Positions 57,151-64,000 of a stretch of 64,000 bases of DNA are shown one piece after another. Origin of the DNA: Candidatus Magasanikiibacteriota bacterium (GTDB taxonomy: Bacteria > Patescibacteriota > Patescibacteriia > Magasanikbacterales > UBA922). Within the stretch, counting starts at the first letter, position 1. Each line of letters starts with the position of its first letter. The notes below the pieces were generated by a model, which saw nothing but the letters and a program-made list of their open reading frames with translations, was not told the DNA's origin and did no database searches. The position numbers and the translations under genes were made by a program. The DNA lies in NCBI GenBank assembly GCA_014729395.1, contig WJJZ01000010.1, positions 220,544 to 284,543 of the forward strand. The letters are read 5' to 3'.

Positions 57151-57612
57151 CTAATCCTCAATTATTGAAATCGGTATGCGGCCACCTTTTGACTGCTTTG
57201 GCACGACAATTTTTAAAACTCCATTTTTATATTCAGCTCGAGCTAAATCACCTTTTATATCAGTCGGCATAACAATGGTACGAGAAAAATTTCCCCAAAA
57301 ACATTCTTGATGAAAAAAATTCATGTTCTCTTCTCCGGTAACCGGAAAATTTCTATTACCCCTAATTGTCAGCAAGTCATTATGGATAAAAACTTCTATT
57401 TTTTCAGCGGTGGCTCCCGCCATAGTGGAAATTACATAAATATTGTCTTCTGTTTCGGCCACATCAAGCGCAAGCTGCCCCTCAACATGATCGGCATGCC
57501 AATCTTCTGAAACTGTAATTTTTGATGGTGATGCCGAGGCTGAAGCAGAATTTGATCTATCTGTATCCAAAATCATCTCAAAAACATCTTGATTGTTATT
57601 ATTATAGTTCAT
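57151..57612 (-). CDS. Hsp20/alpha-crystallin small heat-shock protein
   Basis: ACD domain with C-terminal AEYKNGVLKIVVPK motif, 153 aa. Confidence 0.8.
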   Translation of the reverse strand: MNYNNNNQDVFEMILDTDRSNSASASASPSKITVSEDWHADHVEGQLALDVAETEDNIYVISTMAGATAEKIEVFIHNDLLTIRGNRNFPVTGEENMNFFHQECFWGNFSRTIVMPTDIKGDLARAEYKNGVLKIVVPKQSKGGRIPISIIED

Positions 57613-57810
57613 ATATAAGTATTATATACTAAAATTAAGAAAAGGTAAAAGAAAAACACCTAACTTAGCGGTGTTTTTCATGTTATTTTGATAGAAAATA
57701 TTGAACCATATTAGTCCGTCTCAAGATGACGGCTATTTAAATACTGTTAACTATCGTCCCTTAAACTAACCTTTTTCATAATATGGCTCACTCAAAATGG
57801 CTATCGCCAT

Positions 57811-57832
57811 TTTTCGTGGCGGAGGATTACGA
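57811..57832 (-). repeat. Partial duplicate of tRNA-Ser(TGA) 3' end + trailer (CGCCATTTTTCGTGGCGGAGGA), followed by degenerate T-arm-like ATTACGAAC
   Basis: Matches 57943-57965 (CGCCGCTTTTCGTGGCGGAGGA) at the real tRNA 3' end; intervening ~100 nt is GC-rich with hairpins (GCCACGTGGC; GGCAC-TTGG-GTGCC). Confidence 0.6.
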
Positions 57833-57955
57833 ACGACGCTAGAATCATATAGTCCGCCACGTGGCGGCGCCTTAGTAAAATAATCGTTTTGTCGCGTAAA
57901 GGCACTTGGGTGCCCACGCGACCACTCCAAGCGGCTTGCTTCGCGCCGCTTTTCG

Positions 57956-58045
57956 TGGCGGAGGAGGTGGGATTCGAACCCACGGAGGACTTGCACCCTC
58001 AACGGTTTTCAAGACCGTCGCCTTCGACCGCTCAGCCACTCCTCC
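57956..58045 (-). tRNA. tRNA-Ser (anticodon TGA), encoded CCA
   Basis: rc: GGAGGAGTGGCTGAGCGGTCGAAGGCGACGGTCTTGAAAACCGTTGAGGGTGCAAGTCCTCCGTGGGTTCGAATCCCACCTCCTCCGCCA. Confidence 0.85.
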
Positions 58046-58422
58046 ATGTTTAGACAAAATGCCTGTTTGTAAATGCTCTTCCAGAGCCAGTCTTCAAATA
58101 CTTCTCAAAATTAAAAGCCGTATATTTATCAGGAAAGCAACAGTAAAAAAAATAATTCTACTGACAACCTATTACGGGTTGATTTTACTTTACCATTTTT
58201 ATGCAACTTCACTCGTTTCTTCAAATTAGAAGTACAGCCTACGTATAAATTATCATTACCACATCGTAATATGTAAACATACCACATAACAAAGAAATAT
58301 TATAAAGCAGATAAAACCCCCCTTCGCTGTCGCTTTCATAAAAAACAAAAAAGCTTTAGAAAAGTATCCCAACGGACCGTGTCCGCCGTAGCCCAGACGA
58401 AGCGACAGCTTCGACGGGCGAA

Positions 58423-58511
<89 letters not shown>

Positions 58512-58626
58512 TTATATAAAATAACAGCGATATTATAGCCAAAAATTGTAATTAGGTCAACCCTGAATTTTATTGTATTAATATGATACAGATGATAAAA
58601 TAAAAATAAATATTTAATTTGAAAGT

Positions 58627-59796
58627 ATGGATATAGCCATGATTGGACAAAAAAGCGTCGTATTTTCTGAAAAGAGTGGAGGGGTGGAAAAGCATGTAGA
58701 AGAATTATCAACCAGATTGGTCAAACTGGGTAATAATGTTACGGTCTACTCTCGTCCCAGGCATACATTGCGAGGTAAAAAAACCAAAAAATACAAAGGT
58801 GTAAAGGTGGTATATCTACCTTCTATCCCAACAAAAAATTTGGATACAATAACGCATGTTTTTTTAGCCACTATTCATGTCCTTTTTAAAAAAGCGGACA
58901 TCATTCACTACCACGGTGTCGGCCCTTCTACTTTGGCGTGGATTCCTAGGATTTTTAAAAGAAAAACAAAGGTTGTGGTAACTTTTCACAGTATAGACAG
59001 ATTTCATAAAAAATGGGGTTGGTTTGCTCGGATTTATCTGGGTTGGGGTGAATGGACCGCCTGTAATTTTCCTCATGAAACCATTGTTGTCTCCAAAGCA
59101 ATCCAAGAATACTGTCGTGAAAGATTCAACAAAGAAACCATCTACCTTCCAAATGGAGTAAACATAGAAAAAGAGGAGAAAACTGATGATGATAAAATCA
59201 AAAAATATGGTTTAAAAAGAAATGAATATATTTTAACAGTTGCACGACTAATCAAACACAAAGGTATACATCACCTGATAAACGCCTATAAAAATTTGGA
59301 AGCCAAGTACTCTGAGAACGAAAAAAAATGGCCCGGCGGCAAAAAAATAAAATTAGCTATAGTGGGCGCACCAAGTTACACCGATGATTATTTGAATTAT
59401 TTACACAAACTGGCCGATAGTAGTCCTGACATAGTATTTGTAGGATTTCAAAAAGGAAAAACCTTAGCTCAACTATTTACTAATGCGTATCTATACGTAC
59501 ACCCATCAGAAGCAGAGGGTCTGGCAATTACAATTCTTGAGGCTATGAGTTATGGTAAATGTGTTTTGGTGAGTAATATTCCGGAAAATTTAGAGGCAAT
59601 AAACAGCTCCGGTTATAGCTTTGAATCCAAAAATATTAAAGACCTGGAGAAAATTCTAATTCAACTTTTACACTCTAAAAATAAAGTAATGGAATGCGCT
59701 CGAGATAGCATAAATCTAGTAAAAAAGAATTATGACTGGAAAGACATTACAAAAAAGACAGTGAATATTTATGAAAATCTAGGCTCTCGCAAATGA
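58627..59796 (+). CDS. Glycosyltransferase family 4 (GT-B, group 1)
   Basis: C-terminal EGLAITILEAMSYGKCVLVSNIP (E-x7-E region) typical of GT4; 389 aa. Confidence 0.8.
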   Translation: MDIAMIGQKSVVFSEKSGGVEKHVEELSTRLVKLGNNVTVYSRPRHTLRGKKTKKYKGVKVVYLPSIPTKNLDTITHVFLATIHVLFKKADIIHYHGVGPSTLAWIPRIFKRKTKVVVTFHSIDRFHKKWGWFARIYLGWGEWTACNFPHETIVVSKAIQEYCRERFNKETIYLPNGVNIEKEEKTDDDKIKKYGLKRNEYILTVARLIKHKGIHHLINAYKNLEAKYSENEKKWPGGKKIKLAIVGAPSYTDDYLNYLHKLADSSPDIVFVGFQKGKTLAQLFTNAYLYVHPSEAEGLAITILEAMSYGKCVLVSNIPENLEAINSSGYSFESKNIKDLEKILIQLLHSKNKVMECARDSINLVKKNYDWKDITKKTVNIYENLGSRK

Positions 59797-60489
59797 AAAA
59801 CCAACAATTTTCTGACAATTTTGTTTTTTTAAAACAAAGGCCGCTTCTTGCATTGTCACCCCGGTCGTATATACATCGTCAACCAACAAAATTTTTTTAT
59901 TTGTAAGATCAACGTTCTTTTTTATTGAGAAAGCCTTATCTAAATTTTCAATTCTTTCTTTTCTACCCAAACGAGCTTGTTGTTTGGTTTTTTTACGCCT
60001 GATTAGTATTTCATTAACCGGTACACCTATGAAAAAAGATACAATATTACTTAAAACTTCAGCCTGATTAAAACCTCTCTCCGCTCTGCGTTTATGATGA
60101 AGAGGTATGGGCACAATATAATCAAAATCTTTAAATAAATATGTATAGTTATCATAGAAATTTTTAAATACTATTCTTATCAAATCTTGTATGTCAATTG
60201 CATAATTATATTTTAAAATTTTTATAATTTTTCCCGATAAAGCGTTTTCTTCATAACGACAAAGTGAAATTTGTTGAATCAAATTGGATTTGTTTATACA
60301 ATTAACGCAAGTAAATCCATCTGTACTCATACATCGACAAACAGGGCAAATAAAAACCGGCTCAAAGTTTATTTTTTCAAAGCAAACCTTGCATAACCAT
60401 GAGCTTTCTTTACCGCATTCGATACAAAAAATCGGAAATATCAAATCCTTAATTTCTTTTATTAAACTTGCTGAAAATTGTTTGAACAT
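59779..60489 (-). CDS. comFC: ComF-family protein (ComFC): N-terminal zinc finger + phosphoribosyltransferase domain
   Basis: CxxC...CxxC N-terminus, PRTase motif ILLVDDVYTTGVT; 236 aa. Confidence 0.75.
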   Translation of the reverse strand: MFKQFSASLIKEIKDLIFPIFCIECGKESSWLCKVCFEKINFEPVFICPVCRCMSTDGFTCVNCINKSNLIQQISLCRYEENALSGKIIKILKYNYAIDIQDLIRIVFKNFYDNYTYLFKDFDYIVPIPLHHKRRAERGFNQAEVLSNIVSFFIGVPVNEILIRRKKTKQQARLGRKERIENLDKAFSIKKNVDLTNKKILLVDDVYTTGVTMQEAAFVLKKQNCQKIVGFSFARA

Positions 60490-60554
60490 AAAAAAATAAT
60501 TGCTAAAGCAATTATTTCATATATGTGATGAATTTTGTTTAAAAAAAATCTAAA

Positions 60555-61124
60555 CTAATCCCAATACAAACCATCGATCTTCCAATCATCGTTAATTTTA
60601 ACCAAGTCTACAGAACCGGACAAATTTTCTTTTTCTTCTCCCAATGTGGTTTCTGTAATTCTTTGCGCTTCCACTAACACCGTTGCACTGTCTTCATCAA
60701 TTTGTTCAACAGAAGAAGCAATTACTTTTGTAGTTACTCCTACGTAATCTTTTGATTGATCCAGGTCTTGCATTGAAAGCCAATTTGCCATTTGATCGGT
60801 TACCAGCGGAAGAACATCTTCAATATGCTGATTGTCATTTTGATTGGAATAAGTTCCAAATCTTTCTACAAATATTTCAGATACCTGCTTTACATAAGTC
60901 TCTTCTGAAAAAGGTTCTGCTTCAAGCGTAGACTGAACATCAGGTGTTAGCCTTTCCATCACTTCTTGTTCAATATCTTGCTCAGTGGTCGTGGGTGTAA
61001 TCCCCTCCTCCTGTTGATCCTCTCCGGTGGGTTTAAGTACAAAAAAATAAAATAATAAAAATGCCAAGACTAATCCTATAATTATGCCTATGGCTATAAA
61101 TATTCTTTTTCTAATATCCATCAT
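60555..61124 (-). CDS. Hypothetical membrane-anchored acidic protein with C-terminal compact (NTF2-like?) domain
   Basis: N-terminal TM IFIAIGIIIGLVLAFLLFYFFVL, acidic linker, C-terminal ...VDLVKINDDWKIDGLYWD; placed directly downstream of VirB4-like gene (VirB8-like position). Confidence 0.45.
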   Translation of the reverse strand: MMDIRKRIFIAIGIIIGLVLAFLLFYFFVLKPTGEDQQEEGITPTTTEQDIEQEVMERLTPDVQSTLEAEPFSEETYVKQVSEIFVERFGTYSNQNDNQHIEDVLPLVTDQMANWLSMQDLDQSKDYVGVTTKVIASSVEQIDEDSATVLVEAQRITETTLGEEKENLSGSVDLVKINDDWKIDGLYWD

Positions 61125-61136
61125 ATAAATTTTTTA

Positions 61137-63023
61137 TTATTGCTCAGTCTGATTTTTATTATTCATCACTTCTTCTTCAAATTCCTTTTTTGCTTTTTCT
61201 ATTTCAAGTAACTGTCCCGGGTCCGAAGTAATTAACTGATCCTCTGTGTATGATGCTACAACCTTTATAGCGGCATGTTTTAGTCCGGCAAAAAATATCC
61301 CCTCTCCAACAGCGCTTTCAAGAAGTAAATATTTTTCACCTTCGGTTAGCATAAAAGTTTTTTGAATCATATCAATTGAAGCCGGAGATTGGCGCAACAG
61401 TAATTGCAAAGCCGAGTTGGTTACGATCGCTTGGCCGTATGGAGAACGCAAAAAATCATTTACATCTTGAGTAATGGTAGTCACACCAAGGTAATATTTT
61501 CTGGCTCGCTTTACCAGAGCATAGATAAACTTCGCACTGTCCTCATGTGTCATTAACCACCAGGCCTCGTCAATAACAAGCATTCTTTTCTTTCTCTCAC
61601 TTCTTACCACGTTCCAAATATAATTGATCAAGTTATATATTGCCATTGGCCTTAACTCATCCTCCAAATCCCTGACACTAAAAACTACGAGCTGATTATT
61701 CATATTGACATTTGTTGGCGAGTTGAATAATCCGGAAAATGTCCCCTCGGTAAATTTTCTTAATTTCAATACCAAATTATCGGCCCCCTCCATACCTTCT
61801 AAAATATCAAGCAAGTCCTGCATAATGGGCGGCTCAACAGTAGATAAATCAGAAGAAGACGTAATATCTTTTTTAGCATATGTCTCCAGCAAAGCTCGAT
61901 CCATAATTGAATCTTCTTGTGGTGTCAACGAACCGAACATTACTCTAATCAAACCTTTTAGACTAATAACGGCACTCCTAATAACATCTTCTGTGGAAAT
62001 CTGCTGACCAACAGGCCTGGGTAAATCAAAGGGGTTTACCTTGCTCTCCGAAGAGAGTGATATATTTACATAGGTTCCACCAACCGCTTCATTCAAGTGA
62101 ACATATTCCATCTCCGGATCAATAATTATTATATCCACCCCAAACATGAGTGAGCGCAACACTTCCAATTTTACAGCATAAGATTTACCGGCTCCGGAAG
62201 TGGCGAAAACAACCATATTGGCATTTTGCAATGAAAACCTGTCAAAAATAATCAGACTATTGTTATGACGATTAACACCATACAAAATACCGTCATCGCT
62301 TGTCAGTTCTGAAGAAATAAAAGGAAAAGACGAAGCGATCGGAGATGAATTCATATTGAAAGTAACCATCAATTCATCGATTCCAAGCGGCAGAGTCGAA
62401 GTAAAACCCTGTTCAGACTGATAAAGAACATGCTTGGTGTAAATTAATTTTGAAGAAAAAATATTTTCAATATCCTCTGTAATCCTATCAAGCTCTTCTT
62501 TTGAATTTGAATACAAAGTGACATAAAAAGCAAATTGAAAAAAATGCTCAATACCCTGAGTTAAATCATCCCTAAGCTGTTCTATGTCGCGAAGTGCTGT
62601 CTCACGCAAAGGATCACGCGGCGCGCCCTTTTCCGCATCAGCACTCAACTGTGCCTGCAAAGCACCGACTTTTTTCTTTAATTGCTTCAAAATTACGCCT
62701 GAAGGTACCGGATAGAAAAACATGGATATATCCATGGTAAAATTCAAATTTAAAATCGGTGAACTCCAGCCTACGGCAATATATCTGGGAAAAGTAATTA
62801 CAAAAATCGTCCTCAAAAAAGTATCACCAAGCTGGATGAAAGTTGATTCAACTCTTAAAGCGGATGGGGCGATCAAATCTCTAATAGCAACAGTCCCCTC
62901 TCTAAAAGTTCTTTCTTCTTCAAGAGATACCAGCTGTTCTTTTACTTGTTTTTTCTTTTCCTCTTCTTTCTTTTTTGATTCTTTTTTCTGCTTTGTTTCA
63001 GTTGTGATTGGTTTAAACGGCAT
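61137..63023 (-). CDS. VirB4/TrbE-like conjugation/type IV secretion ATPase, lacking the usual N-terminal ~150-200 residues
   Basis: VirB4 N-domain pattern LGDTFLRTIFVITFPRYIAVGWSSPILNL...DISMFFYPV, Walker A ATSGAGKSYAVK, Walker B MLVIDEAWWL; 628 aa vs ~800 typical. Confidence 0.7.
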   Translation of the reverse strand: MPFKPITTETKQKKESKKKEEEKKKQVKEQLVSLEEERTFREGTVAIRDLIAPSALRVESTFIQLGDTFLRTIFVITFPRYIAVGWSSPILNLNFTMDISMFFYPVPSGVILKQLKKKVGALQAQLSADAEKGAPRDPLRETALRDIEQLRDDLTQGIEHFFQFAFYVTLYSNSKEELDRITEDIENIFSSKLIYTKHVLYQSEQGFTSTLPLGIDELMVTFNMNSSPIASSFPFISSELTSDDGILYGVNRHNNSLIIFDRFSLQNANMVVFATSGAGKSYAVKLEVLRSLMFGVDIIIIDPEMEYVHLNEAVGGTYVNISLSSESKVNPFDLPRPVGQQISTEDVIRSAVISLKGLIRVMFGSLTPQEDSIMDRALLETYAKKDITSSSDLSTVEPPIMQDLLDILEGMEGADNLVLKLRKFTEGTFSGLFNSPTNVNMNNQLVVFSVRDLEDELRPMAIYNLINYIWNVVRSERKKRMLVIDEAWWLMTHEDSAKFIYALVKRARKYYLGVTTITQDVNDFLRSPYGQAIVTNSALQLLLRQSPASIDMIQKTFMLTEGEKYLLLESAVGEGIFFAGLKHAAIKVVASYTEDQLITSDPGQLLEIEKAKKEFEEEVMNNKNQTEQ

Positions 63024-63030
63024 AACCTTT

Positions 63031-63494
63031 AATCATAAATCTAAAATCCTAAATCATAAATTTTTATTTTTTCTCTTTGTAGAGTGTGGAAACACTTTTG
63101 CCTAATATTTTAGAAATTTCAACCGCCTCATCAAGTAAAAAATTAAATTCTTTTCCCTCATCGATTCCCGTATCTTTCATCAATGAAAGCCAGTACTTAC
63201 TTTCATTGCATGATTTTAATGAATAAGCCAAAAAGTTTCGAAAGTCTTTTTTTGTGGGCGAACCAATTGCCTCAATATAATTTGCTCCTATACTTGTTCC
63301 CGAACGTAATAATTGGTTTACTATAGTTTTGACAGCTTCATCTTTCTCCTGTTTTGATAATATTCTCAAGTATTTTACCAACCTAACCGACCAATTATAG
63401 ATCCTTAGTTTTAAATCGTTTTTAAATTTATCTTTCTCATCCTTTTTATATGACACAAAATAATTTATGATTTATGATTTATGATTTATGATTT
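63031..63494. mobile_element. ~465-bp insertion-like unit: four-helix-bundle gene flanked by inverted arrays of AATCATAAAT / (ATTTATG)n repeats (63031-63061 and 63463-63494)
   Basis: Left AATCATAAATCTAAAATCCTAAATCATAAAT; right ATTTATGATTTATGATTTATGATTTATGATTTT, mutually reverse-complementary decamers. Confidence 0.5.
63064..63456 (-). CDS. Four-helix-bundle protein of the rRNA intervening-sequence (TIGR02436-like) family
   Basis: Motif block FKNDLKLRIYNWSVRLVKYL...QLLRSGTSIGANYIEAIG characteristic of IVS-encoded 4HB proteins; GTG start. Confidence 0.7.
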   Translation of the reverse strand: MSYKKDEKDKFKNDLKLRIYNWSVRLVKYLRILSKQEKDEAVKTIVNQLLRSGTSIGANYIEAIGSPTKKDFRNFLAYSLKSCNESKYWLSLMKDTGIDEGKEFNFLLDEAVEISKILGKSVSTLYKEKK

Positions 63495-63495
63495 T

Positions 63496-64000
63496 CTAAA
63501 TGTTTTCCACTTGCAATTCCTCTACCGGCTGCAAAGATTCTGCAAATGATATATCCGGATTATAAGTTGTATAGTAAAGCTCAATCAATGACTGGGTATC
63601 AAGCTGAGCCACACTCAACCCCATAGCTTCAAGACCACTTGTCACTTGCCTTAGTCGCAAATCCAAATCATATTTTCTTTTTTCAAATTGCTTTTCTTTC
63701 AGTCTCAGACTCAAAACCGGTTTTAAAACTTCTTTAAATCTGGACCAAAAACTTTTCTTTTTGTTACTTAATGGATCATAGGGAACAACTACATAAAATC
63801 GTTTTGTCATAATTTGCCCAATCTCCACCATTTCCTCTACAAAGGCTCGATAATCAGCAATTTGCACTCTCAATAATTCATTTTTTTGTTCTTTCTCGGC
63901 TGTCATTAACTTATCAATATAAGGCTTGATCCGAAGACGCCTGGACTGAACCAAAATTTGCAATGGAAAATCCAATGAATTCAAGAAACTCACATATGAA
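63496..64000 (-). CDS. Partial ORF (5' end beyond window); candidate detached N-terminal portion of the VirB4-like ATPase
   Basis: ≥165 aa, same strand, immediately upstream of 4HB insertion and VirB4-like ORF that lacks its N-terminal region; no TM. Confidence 0.4.
   Translation of the reverse strand, partial: SYVSFLNSLDFPLQILVQSRRLRIKPYIDKLMTAEKEQKNELLRVQIADYRAFVEEMVEIGQIMTKRFYVVVPYDPLSNKKKSFWSRFKEVLKPVLSLRLKEKQFEKRKYDLDLRLRQVTSGLEAMGLSVAQLDTQSLIELYYTTYNPDISFAESLQPVEELQVENI

Noticed and set aside
57766-58229. Several overlapping small ORFs (78, 60, 61, 107 aa) around 57.8-58.2 kb
   Set aside because: They overlap tRNA-Ser(TGA) and its GC-rich trailer on both strands; the GC-rich tRNA region simply lacks stop codons.

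Overview
This 64-kb window is AT-rich (about one-third GC) and densely packed with small housekeeping genes, an rRNA-IVS-type four-helix-bundle gene, a VirB4-like ATPase, ComFC and disulfide-rich secreted cell-wall hydrolases. By inference this fits a Patescibacteria/CPR-type or similarly reduced Gram-positive-like genome. The window starts inside dnaE and carries about 65 CDS and 8 tRNA genes: Arg-GCG, Val-CAC, Leu-CAA, a Lys-CTT/Arg-TCG/Ala-CGC cluster, Ser-TGA and Ser-GCT. Most genes are core functions, including pheST, two class-IIb aspartyl/asparaginyl-tRNA synthetases, radA, recG, recO, ruvX, topA, der, pth, dprA, rel, parAB, scpAB, rpmF-nusB-rnc, queA, mltG and map. Several unusual regions stand out. 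(1) A DsbA–hydrolase module at 14.7–20.3 kb ends in two tandem paralogous, Cys-rich, multi-domain peptidoglycan hydrolases (SLT+SGNH and M23+SLT). They share a roughly 130-aa N-terminal signal-plus-two-TM, pilin-like module and sit just downstream of a DsbA-like oxidoreductase and a PD40 β-propeller protein; this is a candidate cell-surface or host-attack (episymbiosis) system. (2) A VirB4-like conjugative or type-IV-secretion ATPase appears to be split by a 470-bp insertion carrying an rRNA-IVS-type four-helix-bundle gene, flanked by inverted (ATTTATG)n repeats, and lies next to ComFC. (3) A compositionally distinct (about 45–50% GC) three-gene islet of tiny basic or acidic proteins, with duplicated promoters and strong Shine-Dalgarno (SD) sites, sits between radA and recG. 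(4) Three tRNA loci (Arg, Leu, Ser) carry direct duplications of tRNA segments, GC-rich hairpin repeats, a MITE-like inverted-repeat element and a GIY-YIG nuclease remnant; these look like decayed integration or homing scars. (5) Several GC-rich perfect hairpins and a roughly 90-nt stem-closed structured element stand out against the AT-rich background. No CRISPR array, rRNA or intact transposase was seen.
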